This document shows, in pieces, positions 1 to 12,292 of a DNA stretch of 64,000 bases. Every line of letters begins with the position of its first letter. Position 1 is the stretch's first letter. Position numbers and translations under genes: made by a program. The stretch covers positions 13,299,037 through 13,363,036 of the forward strand of contig OZ316891.1 in NCBI GenBank assembly GCA_973895155.1. Direction: 5' to 3'. The notes below the pieces were generated by a model. It made no database searches and was not told the origin of the DNA. It was given only the letters and a program-made list of their open reading frames with translations. Source of the DNA: Marsupella aquatica (lineage: Eukaryota; Plantae; Marchantiophyta).

Positions 1-1267
1 TTTCTCTGGAAAAAGATGTTGTTATTCTTGTGAAACTATGTTGTTGGGGAGAGCAACGATGTGGGAGGATGAGAGGGATCGCAAGAGAGGTGATGGCCCC
101 CGGGTGCTTTGCGGGGTCAAGGTGTGGTTGCACAATACTATTGGGAGGGGAACATTTTCTCATGCCCCAATAGAAAAAGACATCAAGGACAAAAAAAATG
201 TTATGGTGAGATAAAGATGTCAGTTAATGTGAGAAAAAGATCATGACAAAATAAGACAAATCTGTTGAGGAAAGATAATTATGTAACGATTAGAAAAATA
301 TGTGAAGGCAATAGAAGATGTCAAGGCAAGGCAAAAAAATAGAAATTTTGCAATCATGTAGTTATTGAGGTATGTTATGTGTGATCTTGTCGACCTGCAA
401 TGTTGTGGTTGTGTTCAATAACCCGTGCATGACACATAGAAATTGGAGATGTGAGATAGTGGCCACCACATCATAGAATCCAAGCATAATAGAGTGACAC
501 CAAAAAACATCTTTTTTTTAAGTTTCAAATTTCTAGAGAAAGCTTTTTTGTCTGTATTTCATTTAGATTCTTCTAATTATGTTTTCTAATTAAGTTTTAA
601 TCTTGGTCAGGTGCAGGAAAGTCAAAGAGCAGCTTTGGGGCAGGCATTTATTTTAGATGGTGTTTATGGATAGATCTGATGGTGTCAAAAACTAAATGGT
701 TTAATGAAGGGTCAAGATTGGTTGTCGCTTTTTGTTGGGTCTGTGAATGGATGATCCTACCTTTTTGGCGGGATAGGGTATTATAGTGGTAGATTATTAT
801 GGTGACCTGGATATTAGACTGCTTTAAACATCTTTGAACATGGACAATGAGGAAACATTTTGAGTCGGGGCAAAAATGCTGAGGAGAGGTAGGTGAGGCA
901 AGGGTTGCCGCGATGTCATTGTGGCACTGTTATTAGGTGTGCAAGTGTAGGTTGCAAAAATATTCAAACCATATAAAGCAATCCTCTTGACAAAGACATA
1001 ATGCGTGAACCTTGGAATACAAATGTCAAGCCACGTGTTTGATAGCCCAATGCTGGTGCATTGCACAACGTTGTTGTGAAATTGCCATGTCTCGTTTATT
1101 AGCGCAGGAACACACGTTGCATAGAAGATATCCTCATGGAAAAGATGTTGTTATGTTAAAGAGGTTGATCAATCCAAAAAGGATGATTGTCATTGCATAA
1201 GGTTGTCATGCAAAAATTAAAGTTGTTGAACATAATTGTTTAAGAGCAAAAGTATTGTTCTTTGTAA

Positions 1268-1679
1268 GAGCATCCCCACCAGACTCGGTATCCCAGGACG
1301 CGGTATACCACCGTTTGGTGAGAAAAGTTGCGTCCAGGGCCTTACTGGTGCGCGCCGTCCGGTAGGGTACCCCACCCGTCTCGGTATTATACTGCGCCAA
1401 CCATGCAAAGGGACTTTAAGAGCACCCCACCAAGGAAGCCACAGCTGTTGGTTCCTCCAAAGATGCACATTTGTAGGTAGTTGGATTGGGATGGAGTGTT
1501 CGAGCGGGCAAGGCTAGCGCGCGCCAGAATGCCGCGCGGGAGGTCACTTTTGGCGAGATGGGATTGCGTTTTAAAAAATACCGCGTTCTGGTGGGGATAC
1601 TAATTAAATTGACCTGCGTGGGCTCTGTGGCGGTAAACCCTCACCGTGCACCTGTTTACTGCATCCGGTGGGGATGCAC
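1268..1679. mobile_element. PIF/Harbinger (Tourist-like) MITE, ~412 bp
   Basis: Terminal inverted repeats GAGCATCCCCACC (1268-) and GGTGGGGATGCAC (-1679) flanked by TAA on both sides (1265-1267, 1680-1682); GC-rich noncoding interior inside AT-rich DNA. Confidence 0.8.
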
Positions 1680-2103
1680 TAAGTGTTGTTAGCATTAGCA
1701 AAGATTGTCACATGGAAATTGTGCATGCAAAAAGGACATTGTTTAAATAAACTTTCAAGTGTGAATTGTTGGGATGGGAAAGAGATGGAAATTGCATACA
1801 AAATCATGAATGCAGTTGATACTGAAAATTGTGATCCAAAAAGAGTGTGATAAGAAGACACACAATTATGATTCTCATATATTGCCTTGGGCCAGGTGTT
1901 ATCCATTTATGCTAAATATGATTGGTACTAAAAATTATAGACAGAAAAAGGTGCAATTAAACATGAAATTTTGTGACACCAAGGTGTTGTAGCAAGAGTG
2001 ATCTTGTCTCCACATTGACTACACAAACAGGACGGTGTTTCTCATTCCCTTTTAAATAAATGGATATCATAAGATAAAAATAAAAATACATGAGAATGAA
2101 TCT

Positions 2104-3032
2104 TGTGCCCTGCCCCTAGTAATAACTAATGCTTTTGTAAGTACCTTTATTTGTACTTTCTTTCTCATTAATTACATTATTTCACACTACCACCTGCCCG
2201 GTTTGACCTTGCCCGTCAAATTGGCCAAACAACTCCATCAAAACGTCCAACCGTCAAACCTGACCTCCCGACCTCCCGATCCCGACCTCCTACCCCGAAC
2301 TCCCGGCCTCCAACCCGAACCCGGCCCCCAAACCCCCGATCCCGAACGCCTCCCACAGACCCCCGGCCGCCTACCCCCGAACCTTGCCCAGGCGCCCACA
2401 GTCCTCCGGCAGCCAACCCCCGAACCCGGCCTGCCCGCAGTCCCGGCCCCCGAACCCGGCCCCGACCCCGGAACTCTCTCCCGAACTCGCTTTCCCCAGC
2501 TCTCCCGAACTCGCTTTCTCCGGCTCTCCCAAACTTGGTTTTCCCCGGCTCCCCGAACTTGGCTCGAGACTCCCGAACTCCAAACTGCCTCTCCCAAACC
2601 CTGACTCTGAATCCTGACTCTGATACAAACTCTCCTGCCCGCTCTCCTGAACCCCGACCCTGATTCAAACTCTCCCAGCCCCTCCTTACTGGCTCCGACC
2701 CAGCTCGGCCCTGAACTGCGAACCGGGGGGCCAGCTCGCTAAACTGGGGGAGTCCGGGGAAGCCTAGGACCGGGCCGTGAGGGGTTGGGGGGAGCCGGGG
2801 ACTGGGTCGGGATGGAGTTCGGGAAAGACCAGGGAATAACTAGGAATATGTATCAAATGGACCATTTTTGGACTGCCATTTGACAGTTTAACCTGCCGGA
2901 CAAGGCATCAAGTTGCCTGTCAGGTTAAACCGGGACCACCTGTGCCCTACCCCTAGTACTAACTAATACTTTTGTAATTACCTTTATTTGTACTTTCTTT
3001 CTCATTAATTGCATTATTTCACACTATCACCT
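2104..3032 (+). repeat. Two diverged ~90-bp tandem units split by an insertion
   Basis: tgtgccct(g/a)cccctagta...ttcacacta(c/t)cacct at ~2104-2195 and again at ~2941-3032; the 2197-2934 element sits at their junction. Confidence 0.8.
2197..2934. mobile_element. Non-autonomous DNA transposon, 738 bp, 8-bp TSD
   Basis: TIRs CCCGGTTTGACCT / AGGTTAAACCGGG; exact flanking duplication ACCACCTG (2189-2196, 2935-2942); interior of degenerate cccgaactc-type short repeats. Confidence 0.8.
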
Positions 3033-4072
3033 CTGTGTTTGCCTTTACCCATAGTGAGTTCTTTTTGGGAGATGTGATGATATGCAAAATTTTTTAATTT
3101 GAATGTTTTCTTTTTAAATTGGACCTTGTATCCATGTGCAACTCTCCATCTCCCCACTCCTGTCCTTGTACTTGATCCAATGCTGACTCACAAAGGCCCA
3201 GGGGCCTTCCTTAAGGGAATAAGTAAGTGGTGCCTGTGGTCCCTTCCTTATTTTGGATGATCTAACGACCAAGAAATTGACATGTTATATCCGACGGATT
3301 GGAATCAATCGTGTCTTTTCACTTTTTTTAAGCGGATGATCCCAAGATTGTAGATAGATAGATAGATTGGAATCCCAATGATATCATGGACAGTGTGGCA
3401 ACTATCATTATTGTAGCTACTGTACTCCAAGGGATTGATATGGATAATCAAGATTGACAGGGCTAGCTGAAGTTGGTATTCCATTGAATACAAGTCTGAG
3501 AAGTCAGCCATGGCGCGGATCGATGTTCTTGTCTGATTGCCGTCGAGTCTCAGTTGATTCATTGATGCTCCGAATCTGTGTCATATATAGACCGGTATAA
3601 GCTAAATCAATGTCGATTGCAGTTATCTATGTGGATTGTGTCTAATATATAGAGATTGCAGCCAGTCATACAAAGCGTCTTTACGGACCTAGGCCTCCAC
3701 CTGCACCTCTTTCTATCTCAGAGTTAAATGCGTCTCTTCAGCGTGCCTCTTTGAGCAGTCAGACGCAACTTCCCATATTCGATCCGTTCCTGCAAGTTTT
3801 CGAACAAACAACAGTCCTAGATTGCTTGGTCATCGCAATTCTTCGTGTCGCGGTGCTTTGTAGAAACTCCACAAATAGATTGCACTGTCAGGCTACCAAT
3901 GCGGTAAGCTTTCAATCAACTCAACGGCACAGTAGGCTATGCTAGCTACAGTATTCCGCTTGTTCAAACTGATTAGTATGACTAAATGAACATCTTCGCT
4001 GGTCTTTGACAAGCGAACAAGACCTGTAAGTAAGTTGAAAGAGCACTTTGATTGCACCGGGGGGTGGACATT

Positions 4073-5736
4073 ATGGCGACCTCTGCTGTCTCCAGAGGTC
4101 TAGCCAAAACGAGGACCCACTCGAGGCAGAGAAAGAGAAGAAAATGTCTGACACAAACCTCTACACGATCACGTAAGTGAAACTATTTGCTCACCTCACT
4201 CACTCAGTTAACTAACATCAATGCAAGCTAACCTACGAATGGTCCGACCAATTAGAATTGCACTATTAATAATCCGACAAGTACTAAATTTTATGCCAGG
4301 TCCGTGTAAGAAACTGAGAATGATAGCCTTTGATTCTCACTGTGCATACATTAGGATCGAGTACTTTACTCTACGACTGCGAATGATCACATTCTTGTGG
4401 ATCTGCATGTTTTTGAACAATAGATCGAAGAAGATCGAGAAGTCACAGGCATCGCTCTAGTCGAAGACGTGGTCGAAAGGTAACGCCTTACATAAAGTTT
4501 GCAAAGCACATGTACAAAACAATCCGCCGCGATAACCCCAGAATGTCGTTCACAAACATCGGGAGAACGATGGGTTCTTTGTGGAGGAAGATGAGCTCTC
4601 AAGAGAAAAGAGTGAGTTTACTTTTTCTTTCCATCCTTCATGCTTTTTACTTGTTTTCTACAGTATATTATTTATTGCGACTTCCTCCACTACTTTTGGA
4701 TGGACTCATACACCTAATACTCAAATTAAGTAGAGTTTATTGCAGACGCTAGCATGGGCTTGGACTCCGAACTTAGGGCGAGCTTGTCATCGACGTCAAG
4801 GACGATGCCAAACATTTATCACCGATTATAACAGATAATGACAGGGAATAAACTTGCGACATTTTGGGTCGAAAATTAATCGCCAGACAGTGCGGGATCC
4901 TTCTAGTATAATGTGTATCCGTAAAGGCACCGTAGTTCCTATTGGATTGATCTGATGTTTTCGACATTGCAGCACGGTACACAAGAGGTTCAGCAGTGAT
5001 TCGGAGTCTGTTGCCTTAATTAGAATCGTGGTGGCGGCGTTGTCTACAATTTGACCACTGACAACCCTAGCACGGCCTTCAAAGCAGATGTTCGTCAATG
5101 ATTTTGTTTCTATATCCTTTATGATTGCCTTGCCCATGGCTTGGCCGGGCTCCCACGGAAGGTCCTCTGGTTATGGTGGAAGCATACACTCACATTACTA
5201 CCATAGATCTGACAGAGAGCTAAAACTTTGTCTTGGTCACAATACCAATCGATACTTTGTGACAATACCAATCGATGGCTTGGACATGCTCAAGGCCAAA
5301 TTCTCATTGGTGCCTCTCCTTCGTGTCCAACAACAGTCTCTCTTATTGTTGCATCTCATGCAATGTCAAAGTTTCTTGCGACTTATTCGTTTAAACTGCT
5401 TTCCTTACGTGTTCTCCCAGCATTTTACTCGGTTTTTTCTGTGTGATCGATTAGGATCAATCTCGGTCAAGCTCAAAGACCCTTGCAGATCAGAATTGGA
5501 GGGCTTGAGCTTGCTTACTCTGCAAGAAGAAAGTTATTTGCATGATTAATCTTGCTTTGTATCATCTGGTAAGTATGGAGCATGTTGCAAAATGAACACT
5601 GAAAGACCCCATAATTTGTTTTTTGCAGAAATATGGCCGGTTGTCTAAAAGCTCCTCAAGCAGTAGCAGTAGCAGTAGCAGTAGAAGGAAGAGTCGGCAT
5701 AGACGATCACACTCAAGATCTAGAAGAAGACGGTGA
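4073..5736 (+). CDS. Arg/Ser-rich HMG-box protein, protamine-like sperm nuclear basic protein candidate (131 aa)
   Basis: Exons 4073-4172, 4424-4611, 5629-5736 with GT-AG introns and consistent phases. Protein: MATSAVSRGLAKTRTHSRQRKRRK...HRRRSRSHRHRSSRRRGRK-VTPYIKFAKHMYKTIRRDNPRMSFTNIGRTMGSLWRKMSSQEKRKY (HMG box)-...RRKSRHRRSHSRSRRRR*. Confidence 0.85.
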
Positions 5737-6133
5737 TGAGAGACACATAAATATCATTGACCATCAAGATAAGTTTACCAAAAGATCAGGAGACTATATA
5801 TAGTTGCAACGCTCAAGATGCACGTAGAAGACGAGGCTGAGTAGGCTGCTTAAAACCTTGAAGGTTGACAAAATCTGATGGACAGAAGATGTTCGTGAAC
5901 AATTGAACTAGGATAAATTAAGGGACAAGAACAAATTAAACAGCTGTTACAAACACATTCTTGGATATATTTTCCTACTTAGATTCAAAAACAGGGCCCC
6001 CACCCAATTCCATATTGTCTGGAAAGTCGAGTGTTGTTGACGTGAAACTCAAATTTTTCTGAGGGTATAAAAAACTCTTTGGTCGTCCTGGTTCTTTTTT
6101 GTTCAGCTCTTTCCTGTGAACAAAACCACTTGA

Positions 6134-6359
6134 AAAATCTGTTTTCTACCTGGCCCTTCGGTTTTCCTGAGGTTTTTTCCAAGTTTTCTCCCCCTTCATT
6201 GGGTCTCCTGCCTTTGTGATCCTGTCTTCAAATTGGCTGGTTTGGCAAAAATCTGTTTTCAAGTCTGGCTCTTTGGTTCCTGAGGTTCTTTCCTTGCTGT
6301 CTCCCATTCATACTGTCTCCTGTCTTTGGGATCCTGTCGTCAAGTTTGGCTGGTTTGGC
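6134..6359. repeat. Diverged tandem duplication, ~113 bp x2
   Basis: aaaatctgttttc...cctgaggtt...gatcctgtc...ttggctggtttggc occurs twice in tandem. Confidence 0.65.
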
Positions 6360-6974
6360 TCATTTTGTTCTTCCAGCCATTTGTCGTGGAGGCAATACAC
6401 ATTGAATAGTTCACTGTAATATAGCCACTGGATGTCAATTGTAAAGGTTCTTTCTCTCTACAAACCTAGTATATGTGTTTATCTGTTGGCCCACCAACTG
6501 AGCAGTATTCTGGGAATGCAACATCGATTGAAAAGTATATCGATCGTGCTGGGGAGTTTCGCATCCTTGCAAGCATAAATTCTGAATCCATGATTTGTGA
6601 CCTGGAACTGAGTTCATCTCTCTGCTGGCGGGTTTCTGAAATTGGACTCTAGAGGGCTCTCCGTGTGGCCTCTGAAGTCGATGTACCTTGAATGAAGCGC
6701 TTCGGCTCAGGAACAAAATTGATCGGAAAAACTTTTCATTGGTAAGATATATATATGGTAAGGCTACCCTTTTGTACATCTCACCTAACTACGCTGGTTG
6801 GAGTTTAATGGAAACCGGGTATTCACCGGTCCAACGCATTCTAAATGGCACTAGCAAGCACAACGACTAGTTGATGCAAACCACAAAGAAGACAAAGTGC
6901 AAGAGCCGCTCTACAACTAAGACGCCATCGCTTGAAGGCTACAGACTACAGCTAACCGTTTGATACACTCATGC

Positions 6975-9900
6975 TTATTTCCACACCTTGACGGCTCCAT
7001 CTCGACCACTCGAGATGCGAATCTTTGATAAAGGATATATACAAACAATTTTTCCATACCTCCTGTGGTTGCAATATCTGTTCTACCAGAAGAATAATCA
7101 CTGCGTCCCAGTTTAAATTTCCCATTTCAAATTTTCCAAGAATTTATGAAAAGTATTATGTTCTTTTAAACTTGTCCCAAAACACACTTTTCATGTATTG
7201 CCATATTATGGAAATCCAGTCATATATGGAGATAACGAAAAGAACAGAACTGAAATTGTAAATATAGTCTGAACAAGAAGACCTTCATTTGGAACAGAAC
7301 AAATAACTTCAAACTGACATTTCAGTTGAGACGGAAGGAGTCTATGCCATACCTTCGCGATGGGGTTCAAGCCAACCTGAATAATGTGGATACCGGAGAG
7401 GAGACTTGTCTCATACATCACTTGCTCCGAAGCTTGTCCGCTGGGTCCACAAAGAGTATAGCTGTGTTCAGGCCTGCCAAAATGCACCCACAAACGATAA
7501 GCAGTAGATCTCTGTCAATCGAAACACATGATAATGTCCCCTGAGCGAACGCATTAAGAAGGACACGTACAGCTTTGGGACGAAAACTAGATCATCTTTG
7601 GAAGATGATTTATACATCATGGAAACTGGAGACTTAGAAAAGAAGAATTTGATGCGAAAATTGAGACAATTGCCTACCTTATTCGGCCCCACATCCGGAC
7701 ATGACTATCCGTTCCCTCACCAGTTCCACCTGCCAGCCGGAACAATGCCCGCACCCTACCTAACTTTGGGGTGGTTCTTTGGCATTTGGGACACTAAACT
7801 GTTTGCTGGAAGCTGTAGTACTAGGAGCAAACTTTGCGTTTGGTGCCCGTGATCCCAGGGCAGCAGGAATATCCCTGGTGTCGGTATCTGGTAATCTCAT
7901 GACCTGCCCAACAAAATCAGATATTGTTAGTGAAGAAACCATATTTTAGAAAAACTACGAAAACGATGAAAAGGAGAGTAAAGAGATTTTTCCAAGAAGA
8001 GAGGAAACGGGATACGAAAGGCACAATAATGACCGAGCAGGAACCCAAGCTATAATCAGATGCCACAATAAAAGATAAGGTCATACTTAAACTGGAAGCT
8101 AGGCCAAAACCATAGGATAGATTACCTGGTGACAGCTTCCATCCTCGGCATTTCATTTGGCTGTATCATCCTTGACCTGCAGCAACATAAAAGAAAGGTA
8201 GCGCACTTGAGGACAACAACGTGCCAGTCCTGGGAGGGAGAGGGCATATGCTCTCGACGGGACATCCTAGTGGAAGCTGCCATGTGTTCGCAGATACCTC
8301 GAACCAAAAGTCCCAGAACTCACCTAGAAAGTGCCTGTGACCATACAATTACAATTTAGGTCCAAAGCTGTCGCTGAGGTATACCCTCAATGTGCTCAAA
8401 GAATACTGCACGTAGCTGTTCATCACGGTCGTTGAGGAAGGCAGGGAGGATTAGTAGCAGGAAATCGTTGCTCTATTTTTGTCCAAAATGGACATAATGA
8501 CCCGACATGTTGCACCAGTGCTCTCCCAATGGTTGGCGTCTGTTTGTGGCCCATCGGGAGCTCTTGAATGACACGAGCAATTGTCTCCATTAGGTGAGAA
8601 AGCTCGCAGCGAAACCTAAGGACAGGTTATCTCAGGAGCAACGTAGCGCCTTCGATCTCCAGTACCAAAGAAGAATGAGAAATCCAAAAGACTTTTGTAG
8701 TAAACTACAATACCTGCTGACTTGATCTGCAGATAGTAATTCTTATTCAATTTAACCATCTTTCCACCAATCAATCCATGGATTTGACTGCATTTTTTTA
8801 TCTTTAAAAATCGTTCCCCCTTGATTTGTTCTGAGAAAAACTCATGTTAAAACCATTCACTCTAATTCTACTCTCTTTGTTTACTGGATCTGTATTTGAT
8901 GGACGATATGAACTCGTTAGGGGGAACGCAGTCACCTAGTACATATTACTTGTGTGTAAGGGGACGGCGCCCTGGATTGCCTGTTTAGTGAGACATTCAT
9001 GACATAGAAGTTTCAGATCATTTGCTGAGGGTACCGTCGAGTGTCCAGCAGGAACCCGATTTATTGCTTTTGACCATCAAGCGCTTACAGTTGTTAAATG
9101 TTTTTTTCCCCCCAGGACTACTCTGATACATTCAAGATAACAAGCGTTTTAATAAATTAATTCAGTTGCTAAGGGCACCTGAACTTAGAGTTATTACTGG
9201 AATGATTGGAACTATCTTGAACGTCCTTTCAACAAATTTACAGTCCATCACACTATCTGACACCTTACAGTCTGACTTTGGATGACTCAGTGATGACTGC
9301 CGTACATGAAGTTATTCAATTTTTTTTCCAATCAGGCTAAGAAACGGCCGTGTGCTGAGGCGGTCGTGTATTAAAAAAATAATCCCGAACAGGATATGCT
9401 GCCCATGTCTGCAAAGTACAAAGTCTTACTATAGTTTGCTGTCAGACTCCTGAACTGCTTCCAATTTTGTGCTCAAAGGTTTCGAAAAAGGATATAAGGA
9501 CAACGTCCACTCTCTCCGTTTTCATTGTGCCTGAATCTTCCCCTGGTTCAGTTCAATAGCCGAACTGACGGTTGCTGTAGTTTGGTTTGATTCTGTTCAC
9601 TCACTGTGACCCATAATCTAGCCTTCTGAACCAGTCCATCAACTTCCAGCAAAAACAACGTGCGAAAGCCGTTCCTTCTGGTCTTCCGACCCAGTTTTGT
9701 TTGCAGTCCTCTTTTTGGAGGAAATCCTCGCATTGAAAGAAGCAAGAATTGCAGAGCTGGGGTACCATCCGGCAATTCATCTAAACTACTTTCGTCCAGA
9801 CTTAGGGTTTTCTTTGGTACTGAAAATTACTCAACCAAGACATGCTGAGTCCTGTCTCCGGTCTTCTTAATTCTAATCCTCAAATTTTCTAAATCAACGA

Positions 9901-10361
9901 CTTGTACATCAACTCCACAGCAAGTAAACAACAGTTCTCATCTCAAACTTTCAAATTCTTACTTGCAAGGGCCCAACATCAGAGTGATCCAAGTTTTTGA
10001 GGCGGGTTCGAATCTCTCGTAACCGGGGATCTTGTTCCTGATTGATGAAAAAACACAGCAGATATCAAATTAACTCAGCCAGGAATTAAGAATTTTCTAT
10101 TTCACGAGAACTATTTACTGCTTCGTTTCAGGGAGAACCAAAACCTGTCAGAAAATCCCACCTTAAGATCCGGTCCAAGCTCTCCCAGCTTGAAGTAGAC
10201 CTTAACAAGAAGTAGCCCTTCAACGTGGACACACTGCATTGATTTGAATATGCGTCCTCCACCGAGAGTCCTTGGAAGACCAGATTGTAAGTCGAAGACA
10301 GGTCCTGCAGATATCCCCCTATCGCTGAAATATGCCTTGCGCGTGCAAGCTAGTTCCACAT
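6975..10361 (-). pseudogene. VPS15: VPS15 (PI3K regulatory subunit, kinase-HEAT-WD40) pseudogene with large internal deletions
   Basis: Minus strand pieces: MWN*LARARHISAIGGYLQDLSSTYNLV, frameshift, LGGGRIFKSMQCVHVEGLLLVKVYFKLGE (10361-~10165); DFSFFFGTGDRRRYVAPE (~8690-8630); NDFLLLILPAFLNDRDEQLRAVFFEHI (~8470-8390); WDFWFEVSANTWQLPLGCPVESIC...FYVAAG / NAEDGSCHQ; RPEHSYTLCGP; ISSGRDGAVKVWK* (stop 6975-6977). All match plant VPS15 motifs in the correct order; stop at codon 4 and frameshifts. Confidence 0.9.
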
Positions 10362-11883
10362 GGCCCTCTCCCTCCCTCCTGGTGCTACCTAGTATGCCAC
10401 AATGCAAACCAGACAGACTCACCTCGGGAGCCTACTTAACTCGTTTCTTAATTGTAGGGCTAATTCACATTAATTAGCCTTGGGATTACCTTTGCTTCTT
10501 AATCAATTCATGCTACAAAGGCAATACAGAACACCAGGTAAACTGATTATTTAATGAAGCAGGCTTGAAACAAACTACAACAATAATATACACTATGGGT
10601 TGATGGTGTAGGGTAACCCTTCCCCAAGGGCAGGCCATGGTCCCAAAAGAGGGGATGGGTCATGGAGTGTAAACTTGGCAAGTAAATCTTGGAAAAACTG
10701 TGTTTGGGAGCAGTCAGAGCCCTAATTCACACCATTAACACAAATATCTAAATCAGAGAATCCTCCGCCAGGCCAAGAAGGGGGTTAGCATTTTGATGTA
10801 AACACTGATTCTCTAATGTATATATGTAGTTGTTGAAGTAAAAATGGAGAAAGGTAAAGAAATATTTTCTGGCAGTAATTGGTTTGTTTTAACCTGAGTG
10901 GAGCAAAATGACTAAACTTTTCGCAAACCTGATGGTCCCTACAAATACAGTTAGTAAGCAGGCATTGTGGACCAGAATTCCCTGAAATAGGCCCCTTTAA
11001 ACTCACGCTAAAGCCCCATTTCAGTGTATTAACACAGGCAACAGGTGTTAATACAATTAAAGCCTGTTTTAGTTTTAGTTTACTACTACAAGTATAAAAG
11101 TTTCATTTCAGATCTGGGAATTCTTCTCTACAAAAGCACCAAAATATTACAAGAAAAGAAATCACGAAGGCCAGTATGTAATGTGGAAAAAGGGGGACAC
11201 TTCCCCCTTGTATAGTTATGGCCCAGTCGTGGTCTAAAGCCTAGCCTAGCCTATTTTCGTTTTACAATCTGAAGGAAAAGTAGACTAGAAGTTTCAATAG
11301 TCGAATCTGGACTGTGCATTCTTCTCTGCCAAAAGCACCAAAAAAACACTTACAAAGAGAAAAAGGCATATTCTTCCGTAAAAGCACCAAAAAATTACAA
11401 AGAGAGAAAAAAAGAAGAAGGCATAGTCTCGCATGCGTTCGTGCCAACCCCGTGTGTCCACTGCGAACCTCGCCCGGAGACTCTTTGCGTCCGCGGTGCC
11501 GCCTCGCACATTTCTGCTCTCTCGGCTGGAAAGACTGTTGGGCTCGCTTGATTGATTGCTCGTCAGTCGTCACCTCACCTCACCTCACAATCATCGTTCG
11601 AGCCTGGTTGCGAGGCGAGGCGAGGAAGCTAGGCGAAGAACGAAAGGAAGGGATCCTGTTTTTCTTTGGGTTGATTAAAGGACGCAGCAGCAGCAGGGGC
11701 TGGACGGAAGAGCAAGCAAGCGGTGGTTGCGGCGTGTGTCTGTATACCACTACTACTGTAGGGTGTTTTGTAGATCGCTTCGTGCTCTTGATTTGGACTT
11801 TGGAGTGGTCGACCTGCTTTGCTTGTTGTTGTTTTCCGTCTGTCGGCCTCGTGTGCTTCATTGTACGCATCACAGAGCATCCT

Positions 11884-12148
11884 GCCCTACCCTACCCTAC
11901 CCTACCCTACCCAACAACACCACGCCTCGGCTTGCTTGACTGAGCCGGGGAAGAGTGTGTACGTTGTGTGAATCGACGGATTGATTGACTGGAGAGGAGT
12001 TCCGGAGGGGAAACGCGGCAGAGCGGACGGTGGGACGATCGGTTGTTAAAACAGCGAACGAGCGAGGGGTCGCTTCCAGCTTTCGTTGCGGCATTGTACT
12101 TTGGTCAGACAGCTAAAGCGAGAGAGAGACAGAGACAGAGAAAGAGAG
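11884..12148 (+). repeat. Microsatellites (CCCTA)n and (GA/GAGACA)n in the probable RER1 5' leader
   Basis: ccctaccctaccctaccctaccctac at ~11885-11910; gagagagagacagagacagag at ~12120-12148. Confidence 0.7.
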
Positions 12149-12292
12149 CGATGAGTTCGGCAGGAAGGATGGAATGGGCCTGAAGAAGACTAAGAGGAGG
12201 AGAGAAGACTTGACGGAATTAGAAGAAGTGGTACTGTAGGTAGGTAGGGGTGTGCATTTCAAGCGAACCAACGAACGATCGAACGAGCAGCG

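Noticed and set aside
2203-2668. Pro-rich and Gly/Arg-rich ORFs on both strands
   Set aside because: By-products of the C-rich repeats inside the 2197-2934 element; no domain or splice structure.
11314-11943. 209-codon ORF upstream of RER1 and 269-codon ORF at 17443-18252
   Set aside because: They cover promoter, 5' UTR and microsatellite sequence, start at non-ATG codons and show no protein-like motifs.
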